Source of the DNA: an uncultured Gammaproteobacteria bacterium
Lineage (GTDB): Bacteria > Patescibacteriota > Microgenomatia > UBA8517
Length of the DNA stretch: 61,853 bases
Reading direction: 5' to 3'
Assembly: GCA_964430475.1 (NCBI GenBank)
Contig: CAYSEQ010000005.1
Span: 1 to 61,853 of the forward strand
The stretch's first letter is position 1, and every line of letters starts with the position of its first letter. Below the pieces are notes generated by a model. The model ran no database searches. It saw only the letters and a list, made by a program, of their open reading frames with translations, and had not been told where the DNA came from. The position numbers and the translations under genes were made by a program. Positions 1 to 9,394 of the stretch are shown here, in pieces.

Positions 1-15
1 ACACTCCAGGAGTGG
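1..15. repeat. REP-like palindrome ACAC-N7-GTGG (CACTCC-A-GGAGTG)
   Basis: Perfect 13-bp palindrome at 2-14; same ACAC-N7-GTGG frame as 21716-21730 and 44082-44096. Confidence 0.4.
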
Positions 16-159
16 AATAGATAGACACACTTAGTTTGCGCTTCTGAGTTAATTCAAGAGAAAATAAATTTTTAAAAGTTAAGTATTAAACAAGGAATTT
101 TTTGTTTAAAATAAAATTTATTCAATCAAAGCTTTCAAAACTGTAAAAATGTTTTGAAA

Positions 160-281
160 GAAGTATTACAGTTGTAATTTCTACATGTATCGATGATTCG
201 AATCATCAATACAAAGGTGAGCTTTGAATTCTTCAAAAGGAAATAAGATTAGCTCTTGAGCGCCTACCAACTCTTACTTGA
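160..281 (+). pseudogene. Possible 3' remnant of a RelE/HigB-type toxin
   Basis: 228-281 reads ILQKEIRLALERLPTLT*, resembling the KEIxxAxxR tail of HigB/RelE-like toxins; directly upstream of an XRE antitoxin; frame broken by stops upstream. Confidence 0.3.
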
Positions 282-306
282 CAAATTATAACATATAGGT
301 TATAAA
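278..306 (+). promoter_or_regulatory. Sigma70 promoter with overlapping inverted-repeat operator
   Basis: TTGACA (278-283), 17 nt, TATAAA (301-306); perfect IR TTATAAC (286-292) / GTTATAA (299-305). Confidence 0.75.
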
Positions 307-356
307 TTTGACTAATTATTAATAAAAACTTATAAAGATAAACGACTAATCTAAAT

Positions 357-629
357 ATGAAAAGCCGGAAAGTGCTTAAAAAAGAATTAATGAAGGATAA
401 AGCTGTGGCAAGAGAGTATAAAAGGCTTGCTCTTCGTTATGAGTTTATTTCTAGTCTAATTGAGGCAAGAAAGAAAATGGGATTGACACAGGAAGAACTT
501 GCTAAAAAGATTGGAACAAAACAAGCCTCAATTGCAAGACTTGAGTCAGGCAGGGCAAACCCCACCATTGGTTTTCTAGAAAAACTAGCAAAAGCTCTAG
601 ACTCGAAATTAACAGTCAAATTGGAATAA
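357..629 (+). CDS. XRE/HTH_3 transcriptional regulator, HigA-like antitoxin
   Basis: ARKKMGLTQEELAKKIGTKQASIARLESGRANPTIGFLEKLAKAL is a classic HTH-XRE signature; 90 aa. Confidence 0.9.
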   Translation: MKSRKVLKKELMKDKAVAREYKRLALRYEFISSLIEARKKMGLTQEELAKKIGTKQASIARLESGRANPTIGFLEKLAKALDSKLTVKLE

Positions 630-904
630 TAAATATAATTACCTGTGGAAGTTGATATATATCCGAAGAATTTTCAAAAATATGTCTTTGGCTAAAGACA
701 GGAAGGTTGTGAAGTTTGTATATTCAGCTTCTTACGAAGAGGTTTTGATAAAGCTTTCTGGCGGGGAACCGAGTTTAAAGTTTTTCAGGGAAGGTGTAGA
801 ATCTGTTGTTGTTTTTTGTATTAACCTTAATAAACCTTCCTTAATAAACCTTTTAGAATAGGCGTGGGCTTCTGTGATACTATTAAAATATAAAATAAAA
901 ATAG

Positions 905-3469
905 ATGACCACTTCACCTAGTAGTATAAACAGCTTACTGTTTTATTGTTCAAGGAGTGACATACAGAGTTGTTTTTCTCTTTTGAAAAGTGGGATTCAC
1001 GGTCTTAGCTCTTCTCAAGTTTTAAAAATTCAAAAGAAACTTGGTAAAAATGTACTCTATACACAAAAGAAAAAACATATTTTATTTGAATTATTGAGAA
1101 ATTTTTCTAACCCTCTTATTTTGATACTTCTTGTTGTTTCTGTCATCAATCTTTTCTTAGGGGAGGTTGTCAACGCCTCGATAATTATAGCTATGGTAAT
1201 TTTGAGTGTGGTTCTTAACTTTTTTCAAGAGCACAAAGCTAATAAAGCTGCGGAAGAACTTAAGGCTAAAGTTGCCTTGGTATCCTGTGTTTTACGTGAT
1301 GGAAAAGAAATAGAAGTGAGGGCAAGTGAAATAGTTCCTGGAGATATATTGATTTTGAATGCGGGCGATTTGATTGCAGCTGACGCTAGAGTCGTCGAAG
1401 CTAAAGATTTTTTTGTCAATCAATCTGTTTTAACCGGAGAATCTTTCCCGGTAGAAAAAGATTCAAAGAAAGTCGAAGACGATAAGATTAATACTCTGGA
1501 TTTGACCAACATCGTCTTTGCTGGAACGAGTGTTGTAACCGGCTGGGCTAAGGCTTTGGTTTTTGCAACAGGGGGAAATACTCAATTTGGTAGTATTGCT
1601 GAACAGCTGCAGGAAAGAGAGTTTGAAAATAGCTTTACCTTGGGGATAAAAAATTTTAGTTATTTTATTTTGAGGGTTGTCTTAATTTTTGTTGTTTTTA
1701 TATTTTTGGTTAATGCTTTTATAAGGCATGATTTTTTGGAATCTCTTACCTTTGCCATAGCCATTGCTGTAGGGCTTACCCCCGAATTTTTACCCATGAT
1801 AATGTCGGTTACTATGGCCAAGGGGGCTATTGCCATGTCTAAAAAGGGTGTCATTGTTAAGAAATTAAACGCAATTCCGACTTTTGGTAGTATGAATATT
1901 CTTTGTACGGACAAAACAGGTACCCTTACTCAGGATAAGATTAAGCTGGTTAAGTATCTTAATTCTTCCGGTCAGTCGGATGAAGAAGTACTAAAGTTGG
2001 CGTATTTAAATAGTTTTTTCCAAACAGGTATCAGCAATCCTTTAGACGAAGCCGTAAAAGACTTCAGGAATCTAAATATAAGTGGGTATGTAAAAGTCGA
2101 CGAAATACCTTTTGATTTTGAAAGGAAAAGGATAAGTGTGGTTGTGAAAAAAAAGGGCGAAACACTGATGATTACTAAGGGTGCACCTGAGGAGATATTT
2201 GAGATTGCAAATCAATATTGGGACGGAAGGAAGCTATTAACTCTGGATGAAGTTACAAAGGAAAAACTTTTGAATATGTATGAAAAATTAAGTTGTGAGG
2301 GTTACCGTATACTTTCTGTTGCGACAAAGAGAATTTTCAAGGAAAAAGAGCGTTTTTCCAAAAAAGACGAAACAGAGCTTGATTTTGTGGGTTTTGCGGC
2401 GTTTTTGGACCCCATAAAAGAAAATGTTCGAGAGGCGATTGACAGGCTTGAGGAGATGGGTATAGAGATAAAAGTTATTACTGGGGACAATGAGTTTGTT
2501 GCGAAAAAAGCATGTATAGATGCTGGGATTAATATAAAGGGAATAATGTTAGGCCGAGAAATAGACCATCTTACCGATCAAGAATTAAGTTTAAAAGCCA
2601 TGAAAACTACGATTTTTGCCAGATTTTCTCCTGCCCAAAAAAATCGTGTTATTGCGGCTCTTAGGAGCGAAAAAAATGTTGTTGGTTATATGGGAGACGG
2701 GGTTAACGATGCTCCGTCGCTAGAGAGTGCCGATGTAGGAATTTCGGTTAACAACGCTGTCGATATTGCCAAGGAAACGGCAGATTTTATATTGACTAGA
2801 AAAAGCCTTATGGTGCTTGCAGACGGCGTCAAAGAGGGTCGAAAGATATTTGGCAACACGATGAAGTATATAATGATGGGATTGAGTTCTAATTTTGGCA
2901 ATATGTTTTCTGTTCTTGGTGCAATCTTGTTTTTGCCCTTCTTGCCAATGCTGCCAATACAGATTTTGCTTAATAACTTCCTATACGATATTTCGCAACT
3001 GACTATTCCTTCAGACAATGTGGATGAAGAGTATCTTTTAAAACCACAAAGATGGAATATTTCATTCATTCGCAAGTTTATGCTTTTTTTTGGACCGATA
3101 AGTTCGATTTTTGACTTTGCTACATTTGGCTTGATGTATTATTTTTTTAGTCATAGCGCAAGTAGTTTCCAGACCGGTTGGTTTATGGAATCTTTAGCGA
3201 CGCAGACTTTGGTCATCCATATTATTCGTACTAGAAAGATACCTTTTTTACAAAGTGTTCCGAGTATTGCTCTTTTAGTTTCTACTACCTTAGTTGTTTT
3301 AATCGGATTCATTATCCCTTTTAGTCCTTTGGGATACTTTTTTAAATTTGTTCATCTTCCTTGGTATATACTTGTTATGATATGTTTATTGGTTGTTGGC
3401 TATCTGCTTATGGTTGAAATTTTTAAAAATATATTTTACAAGAAATTACTCGTTTCCCAACAAGTTTAA
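905..3469 (+). CDS. mgtA: Magnesium-translocating P-type ATPase (type IIIB)
   Basis: TGES, GLTPEFLPMI, DKTGTLT (phospho-Asp), TGDN, GDGVNDAPSL, SSNFGNMFS and ESLATQTLVIHIIRT motifs typical of MgtA/MgtB. Confidence 0.93.
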   Translation: MTTSPSSINSLLFYCSRSDIQSCFSLLKSGIHGLSSSQVLKIQKKLGKNVLYTQKKKHILFELLRNFSNPLILILLVVSVINLFLGEVVNASIIIAMVILSVVLNFFQEHKANKAAEELKAKVALVSCVLRDGKEIEVRASEIVPGDILILNAGDLIAADARVVEAKDFFVNQSVLTGESFPVEKDSKKVEDDKINTLDLTNIVFAGTSVVTGWAKALVFATGGNTQFGSIAEQLQEREFENSFTLGIKNFSYFILRVVLIFVVFIFLVNAFIRHDFLESLTFAIAIAVGLTPEFLPMIMSVTMAKGAIAMSKKGVIVKKLNAIPTFGSMNILCTDKTGTLTQDKIKLVKYLNSSGQSDEEVLKLAYLNSFFQTGISNPLDEAVKDFRNLNISGYVKVDEIPFDFERKRISVVVKKKGETLMITKGAPEEIFEIANQYWDGRKLLTLDEVTKEKLLNMYEKLSCEGYRILSVATKRIFKEKERFSKKDETELDFVGFAAFLDPIKENVREAIDRLEEMGIEIKVITGDNEFVAKKACIDAGINIKGIMLGREIDHLTDQELSLKAMKTTIFARFSPAQKNRVIAALRSEKNVVGYMGDGVNDAPSLESADVGISVNNAVDIAKETADFILTRKSLMVLADGVKEGRKIFGNTMKYIMMGLSSNFGNMFSVLGAILFLPFLPMLPIQILLNNFLYDISQLTIPSDNVDEEYLLKPQRWNISFIRKFMLFFGPISSIFDFATFGLMYYFFSHSASSFQTGWFMESLATQTLVIHIIRTRKIPFLQSVPSIALLVSTTLVVLIGFIIPFSPLGYFFKFVHLPWYILVMICLLVVGYLLMVEIFKNIFYKKLLVSQQV

Positions 3470-3676
3470 GAGAAAAATATAAAGATAGGAAATTCTTTAA
3501 ACTCAATTCCGATAACTTGATGCTTGAGATCAGCCTGAAAGTACTCAATTTTTCTTTGTCTGACCTAGAAAAACTTAGTCCTCATCCAATGTTCCATACC
3601 CGCTATGTGATATAGTTTCACAGAATTCGGATATAGCCCCGGACTTCGGTTGATAAGAATTAGCTTTAAACCTTTT

Positions 3677-4494
3677 TTATACTTCAGTTCTGGAATATGC
3701 ATCTTTTGGGTTAAGTTGTCTTAAAACATTTGCAGCCCTTTGCAAATCGTCATTGACTACGAAAGCAATATTTTCTCCCTGTAAGAGTAAATCTATTATA
3801 TCCTTAAATTCGGAGATGTTTCATTCACCTAAAGTACCTTCTATTCCTTCTTCAAAGTTTCCCCCTTCCTCTAAAATTCTTTTTGCATATCGCAGTGTAA
3901 GGTGGGCAAATACTGGCTCATCCGGTATTACATATATGACTACCCATCCAACATCAGGATTTTGTATGCAGTCCCTTTTTCTAAAGCTTTATCAATATTT
4001 TCCTTTCTAAATCCATATCTTCCGCGACCTGGTTTATAATCTGTCCTAAAAAATAAGCCTTCATCTTCAAATTCTTCTTCGCTTAAGGATTCATAATCTA
4101 CAGCGTCTTTTTCACCCGGCCTGGGATTGCGTGTTGTTGTTTGTAATACTCTTTTTGGCAATCCTGCTTCTTTTGCCAAAGTGTCTTTACCGGAACCAGC
4201 CGCTCCCACAATTCCTATTATCATTTTTGAGTTAGTACGTTTTATATTTTCTTTTGTTATTTCTTCAAGTGCATAGGGAATTGATCGGGAGGAGGTATCT
4301 AAATTAAACTTTCCCTTTGCCTTTTGAAGTTGCTCTTTCCATTTTTTCCAGAGAGGAAGAAGTTTTTCAAGATGCGATTTTATTAAGTCTTTAGCCTTTT
4401 CAGGATATGGGAAGACTTTTAACGCCGCATCTATATCCTTCTGAAATAAGGTTTTATCGTCATCCATATTATTTTCCTTCTCAGTCATAGACAT
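3677..4494 (-). pseudogene. Guanylate-kinase-like P-loop kinase with N-terminal extension, disrupted
   Basis: GAAGSGKDT P-loop and TTRNPRPGEKDAVDY; after about 3960 the kinase continues in another frame (PDVGWVVIYVIPD...VVNDDLQRA) with an in-frame TGA at 3821-3823. Confidence 0.75.
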
Positions 4495-4612
4495 TGGTAA
4501 TTATATATTAGAAATTTCTTAAATTTAAAGAGTTTAAACATTAGAAGTTTGAACCCGTCGAATTGATTAGGTTTTACTATCACAAGTTTGCCAGTAGAAG
4601 AGAAGTTAACCT

Positions 4613-4822
4613 TTAATTTTTGGAGGGAGAAGATTTTTCCTCTCCCGACTCTAAAGCTTCTGTTTGAGAAAGTAAAGCCTCCTGAACAGTTATCCTCCTA
4701 GCCGGCGGGGGTCCTGCATCTTCTTGGGCTTCCCAAAGCGCATTTAGGTCAGCATCACAAGCTAATTCGACGCTAGTCTGGCTAGGGACAATTCTTGGCT
4801 CTCCTTCTTTACCTCCTGCCAT
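4613..4822 (-). CDS. Hypothetical small protein
   Basis: 69-aa ORF, ATG start, same strand as its neighbours; no motif recognised. Confidence 0.35.
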   Translation of the reverse strand: MAGGKEGEPRIVPSQTSVELACDADLNALWEAQEDAGPPPARRITVQEALLSQTEALESGEEKSSPSKN

Positions 4823-4906
4823 AGTTTTAAGTTTATCAAAAATATTGATGAAAATAAACTCCAGATCCTTTGAGGAATCTTTATCTTCATCAGGATGTAG
4901 TTTGGC

Positions 4907-5654
4907 TTATTGTCTTTTAGTAAGATTAATTCCACCGCAAGTTAGTTCTTCTAACAAGTTGAACAAGTCTCTGGCTTTTTGCACTGGTTTAAATTGATAA
5001 ATTTTTAATACCTTTTCTTTTAGGTCGCTGGGTAACGAATCTAAAGTTTCTCGCCACGCATATTGTAATTTTCTAAGTGGAGACTGTTTCCACCTGTCCT
5101 TACCGAACTGGTGAAAAGGTAGGTAAGGTGAGTGATCATAAGAGAAATTATTTTTTCGCATCCACCTTGCAAAAATAATCGCGTTAGCCCAGTCTTTTTT
5201 GCGGAATGGACCGCCAGTAAAAGTGAAAGTGTGAAGAAGAGTTGGAGCTGGAAGAGTGTTGAAATGGGTTCCTTTTATGCTGAGTTCTACGGGCTGAAAT
5301 AGTTCTGGTTTAAGTGGGTATTTAATGTTTCCATGCTCTTTAGGAAGTATTCTCCATTTTCCTCTATTAGAATGTTAGATAAGCTCGTATCAAAATTTAT
5401 TTGAGAGTGTTTTTCTTGTAGTTCTGCAATTATTTTTTTTATAATTCTGATTGTTCCTTATTGGGAATTAGAAGATCTATTTCTGGGGATATGTCTGTCA
5501 CTTCCTCTTGCATATAGGATTTTCTTGCTATTGAACCGATAATAAAGTAATCAATTCCAGCACTTTTAAAGGTTTTGTCGAGGCCATCTATCGCTTTTAC
5601 AATTTCTGATCGAATTTCTTCACTTAAAGGTAGGGTCTCGGGTGAGGTTTCCAT
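4907..5654 (-). pseudogene. Nucleotidyltransferase-superfamily gene broken by two frameshifts
   Basis: YFIIGSIARKSY...EIDLLI NTase motif in 5439-5654; frames rejoin near 5450 (RIIKKIIAELQEK...) and near 5345 (HGNIKYPLKPELF...RKKDWANA...MRKNN) to give one protein of about 250 aa. Confidence 0.65.
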
Positions 5655-5766
5655 AATTGATAATCCTATCAGAAAATGCCTAAATATGGCTTTTTGCTTG
5701 TTTTTTAATCTAAGTGAGTAATAACCCTCGTGTTTATTTAAATTATAATTTTTTAGACAGGTTTAC

Positions 5767-6192
5767 CTATCTCCCTCCAAAGGCTATCAAAAAGGTTCCA
5801 GCTAGCATCAAGGCAACTCCAAAGGCAATTGGGAGGTTAATTTTTTCATGAAGGAAAATAACAGCTAATATTACAGTCAGGGCAAGGCTCAATTTGTCTA
5901 TAGGTGCAACTTGTGAAGCCTGTCCAAGTTGTAAGGCTCTAAAATAAAAAAGCCAGGAAAGACCCGTTGCGATACCTGAAAGTATCAAAAAAATTAGAGA
6001 AAATCTTGATATCGTACTTATTTCTTTAAGGGTTCCTTGCCAGATAACAATCAGCCAAGCAAAAATAAGGATAACAAGTGTCCTTATGGCTGTTGCTAAA
6101 TTAGAATTGACATCCTTGATTCCAACCTTGGCAAGAATGGAAGTTAGCGCGGCAAAAAATGCAGAAAGAAGTGCAAAGAAAAACCAGTTCAT
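5767..6192 (-). CDS. EamA/DMT-superfamily small membrane transporter (single EamA repeat)
   Basis: MNWFFFALLSAFFAALTSILAKVG...FYFRALQLGQASQVAPIDKLS; 5 hydrophobic segments. Confidence 0.85.
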   Translation of the reverse strand: MNWFFFALLSAFFAALTSILAKVGIKDVNSNLATAIRTLVILIFAWLIVIWQGTLKEISTISRFSLIFLILSGIATGLSWLFYFRALQLGQASQVAPIDKLSLALTVILAVIFLHEKINLPIAFGVALMLAGTFLIAFGGR

Positions 6193-6248
6193 ATAGAATA
6201 GATCTTAGCACAATTTTTGTAATACTAACATTCTGATTAAGTTTTGTA

Positions 6249-7244
6249 ATGTTTGAACAATTTATGGATAAAAAGATTTTGAACTTCTTGACTAAAATGA
6301 TTTGTATAAGAAGCAGTAGTATGTTAAAAAATATGATAGTGCAAGAAGGTGAGAATTTAAAACAAAACCCTAATTTACAAAATATTCAAAATCAAGGTTT
6401 AAAAGATACACCTATGATATCTAGACCGAAAGTAGTAAATACTAAAAAGTTAGTAATCTCTTTCCTAATAGCTTTTCTTCTTATGGTAGTTATTATTTTT
6501 GGTGTTTTTCTTCTTTATCAAAGTCAAAAACCTAAGAAAGTTTCAAAAATTATCAGTTTTGAAGATTGTATAAGTTTAGGTGGAATAGTTATAGAGGAAT
6601 TTGAGGAGTTAAATAATTCTCGTATATGTAGACTTAAAGACGGTAGGGAGTTGGGGGTCGTTACAATCCCTGAGGCAACTAAGCTACCTGAGACACCATC
6701 TCCTACTGGAGCTGAAGTAACTTCTTCTCGACAGTCAATTACAATCCAGTACTTACCCAAAGGCGATTGGGAAACATATACAGACAATATTGCCAAATTT
6801 AGTATACAATATGACACCAGACCTAAACCTCCTTCTACTTCGTATTTGGCTCTTGGTAAACACAAAGAAGGCGAAGAAGTGACAATTTTAAGTTGCCTTG
6901 TCCCTCAAGGAGGTCCGCAAGCGGGTAAAGAGGTTTGTCAGGATGTACTTAATATTACGATTCATAACTTTGACAATAGTGATCTTGCAAATTGGTTTAG
7001 ACGAAACTTTAGCTATTATCCTAGCTGCAGATATTATTATACCGATATCACTTTAGCTGGGAAGAAAGGACTAGTTTCTACTAATAATTGTAGTTCGTGG
7101 GGAGGGACCTTTATACTTATACCAAATCAAGGTAAGGTGGTAGTTACTTTTGAAAAGAGTTTTAGCCGTGAAGAAGAAAGCGGAGAAATAATTCTTTCGG
7201 ACTGGCTTAAAGAGATTCTTTCGACATTCAGATTCAACAGTTAA
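6249..7244 (+). CDS. Single-pass membrane/surface protein with Cys-paired domain; true start probably 6303-6333
   Basis: TM segment LVISFLIAFLLMVVIIFGVFLLY; SFEDCISLGG...RICRLKDG; Pro/Thr stalk; WETYTDNIAKFSIQY. Confidence 0.7.
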   Translation: MFEQFMDKKILNFLTKMICIRSSSMLKNMIVQEGENLKQNPNLQNIQNQGLKDTPMISRPKVVNTKKLVISFLIAFLLMVVIIFGVFLLYQSQKPKKVSKIISFEDCISLGGIVIEEFEELNNSRICRLKDGRELGVVTIPEATKLPETPSPTGAEVTSSRQSITIQYLPKGDWETYTDNIAKFSIQYDTRPKPPSTSYLALGKHKEGEEVTILSCLVPQGGPQAGKEVCQDVLNITIHNFDNSDLANWFRRNFSYYPSCRYYYTDITLAGKKGLVSTNNCSSWGGTFILIPNQGKVVVTFEKSFSREEESGEIILSDWLKEILSTFRFNS

Positions 7245-7357
7245 TTTAGGAGAAAGTTTGAAATATTAGCTTAATTAGGTCCAAATTCTCTATTTACTCG
7301 ATATTCTTTAAAACCTACTGTTTTATACAAGAAGGGGCAAGTAGGATCGAGCAATTT

Positions 7358-8026
7358 ATGGATACAAAAATCTATAATCTTTCTCCTTCAACAATTTCCC
7401 TTTTGATTGAATGTCCAAGGTGTTTTTGGCTTCATATCAAGAAGGGTCACAAAAGACCAAGTGGAGCTTTCCCTTCACTTCCGGGTGGGATGGATCTAAA
7501 AATTAAGGAGTATTTCGACAAGTATAGGGGAAGTCTTCCTCCTGAGATTCAGGGAAAGGTTAGGGGAGTATTGTTTGAGGATTTGGAAATTCTTAATAAA
7601 TGGAGATACTGGAAGACATCGCTTTCTTTTAAAAAAGAAAATGTTAAAGTGTATGGCGCCTTTGACGATCTTTTGGTAGATGGTGACGTATTTATCCCGC
7701 TTGATTACAAAACAAGAGGAAGTTCCCCAAAAGGCGAGACTTTAGATTATTACCTTCACCAGCTTGATATCTATACCCTCCTTCTTAACCGAAACGGCTT
7801 TAAAACTGAGAATGAAGCCTACCTTATTTACTTTTATCCCAAAAAGATTTTTGAAGGAGGAATAGTAGAGTTTAGTGTTGAACCCAAGAAGGTTGTATCT
7901 TCTATTAAAAGGGCCATGGATTTAATAGATGAAGCAATCGGGATTTTAAATTCAGATGAACCTCCCTCGAGCCATAATGAGTGCGTATTTTGCAACTATG
8001 TAAATTCTTTCTCGGATTTTGATTAA
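7358..8026 (+). CDS. PD-(D/E)XK nuclease family protein (RecB/Cas4-like)
   Basis: LSPSTI...ECPRCFWL, GAFDDL, DYKT, QLDIY and C-terminal ECVFC. Confidence 0.85.
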   Translation: MDTKIYNLSPSTISLLIECPRCFWLHIKKGHKRPSGAFPSLPGGMDLKIKEYFDKYRGSLPPEIQGKVRGVLFEDLEILNKWRYWKTSLSFKKENVKVYGAFDDLLVDGDVFIPLDYKTRGSSPKGETLDYYLHQLDIYTLLLNRNGFKTENEAYLIYFYPKKIFEGGIVEFSVEPKKVVSSIKRAMDLIDEAIGILNSDEPPSSHNECVFCNYVNSFSDFD

Positions 8027-8131
8027 TGAAATTGGGTTTAAGTTTTTAGAAGTGAGCGAGTGTAGTAAAATTTAAGGAAAGAGGTGGAGATCTATCTGAA
8101 AAACAAGAAAAGAAGGGTTTAGGGTACTTCT

Positions 8132-9394
8132 ATGTTTGTAGAAAGAGTAGTACCTTCAGTTGAATCCGAGCGAAGAGATGAGAGAAGTCCTCGCTATTTC
8201 GGCTCAATTGATTCTTTTTTGAAAGAAACTTTAATAACCTCGGAACCTCTTTGTCTTTCAGAATTGGAATTTCGGAATTTGAGAGAGATTACCTTAAGAA
8301 TTGTTTCGTTTATTGATAGATTTTCTTTAAAGGAAAATTGTATTGCTATTGGTGCAAATCCCAACATTGTAATTAGGAGTCTGATGATAGATAGCTATGG
8401 AGATTCTTCTATGCGCTACGGTGGACTTGATATATACCAGGATCCAAATTTGGGCTTTAAGGTTCTTGAAATTAACCCCAGGGTCCAGGCTCTAGGATTA
8501 CAAGACTTTAGACAAAAGGAGTTAGGAATTGTCAATCAACCGAATCTTTTTTCAGATTTACTGTCTTGGTTAAAGGGTAGAGGATTTGAGGAAATATTAG
8601 TTTTAGGTAGTAGAAAAAATCCTTTCTGGAGGGCTTATGAAGAGTTAACTCTAAACTTAAATCGTGAGGGATTTAATGCCCATTTTTGGGATGCTCAGAA
8701 ATTTTTAATTGAGAATAAGATGTCTGGTTATAATCCTGATTTAATTTTGAAATTCTGTAGTAATAAAATCTTTTTGGATAGCGATTATTCAGAAGAACTT
8801 ACAACTATTGTTGCCAAATACAGTATACCGATAATTAACCCTTTGCATTCTTCTTATTTTGGTTATAGAGGTTTTTTGGAAAAGTTAAGAGAGTTTATGC
8901 CTGATATAGTGCCTGGACAAAAGATTTTGAAATGCGATGCCTCAGATCAAAAGTTATTAGAGTTTCCATGGGTTAAGCTTGAAGCATCAGGCTATGAGTA
9001 TGTTGTTAATTACCGAGGTTTGAAACGCTGGGGTAAGGAAGCCCTCTTGGGTTTGATTCGGGGTGATATATTGTTTTCTAAGACTGTATTGCGAGATAGG
9101 AGCGGATCAGATGCATCTAAACTGAGGGAGGTTGCCTATGTTTTGGAGAATGTTCCTCCCGAAGAAATTGTTTGGCTGGCTCAGTCTAATGTTAGACCTT
9201 TAACCAGGGAACTGAGAACTAAAGAGGGTTTAGTGAAAATGGATATTTTGCACAGAGTGTATTGGTTCAAAGACGATGAGGGAAATGTTAATATTAGTTT
9301 GGAAGCTTTTGGGTGTACTGACTCTCAGTTGAAGCAATCTAAGGGAAAAATCAATGCAGGAACTGGTTATGCTATACCCGTAGTGATTGGATGA
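8132..9394 (+). CDS. Circularly permuted ATP-grasp (glutathionylspermidine-synthetase-like) ligase
   Basis: GLDIYQDPNLGFKVLEINPRVQALG resembles the D..G.f.vlExN motif; later WVKLEASG, WLAQSNV and DILHRVY elements. Confidence 0.55.
   Translation: MFVERVVPSVESERRDERSPRYFGSIDSFLKETLITSEPLCLSELEFRNLREITLRIVSFIDRFSLKENCIAIGANPNIVIRSLMIDSYGDSSMRYGGLDIYQDPNLGFKVLEINPRVQALGLQDFRQKELGIVNQPNLFSDLLSWLKGRGFEEILVLGSRKNPFWRAYEELTLNLNREGFNAHFWDAQKFLIENKMSGYNPDLILKFCSNKIFLDSDYSEELTTIVAKYSIPIINPLHSSYFGYRGFLEKLREFMPDIVPGQKILKCDASDQKLLEFPWVKLEASGYEYVVNYRGLKRWGKEALLGLIRGDILFSKTVLRDRSGSDASKLREVAYVLENVPPEEIVWLAQSNVRPLTRELRTKEGLVKMDILHRVYWFKDDEGNVNISLEAFGCTDSQLKQSKGKINAGTGYAIPVVIG

Noticed and set aside
630-904. 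M-box riboswitch or mgtL-type leader upstream of mgtA, and the short ORFs 652-861 and 732-917
   Set aside because: No recognisable conserved M-box core or Pro-rich leader; the ORFs overlap each other antisense and have no motifs; an Rfam scan would settle it
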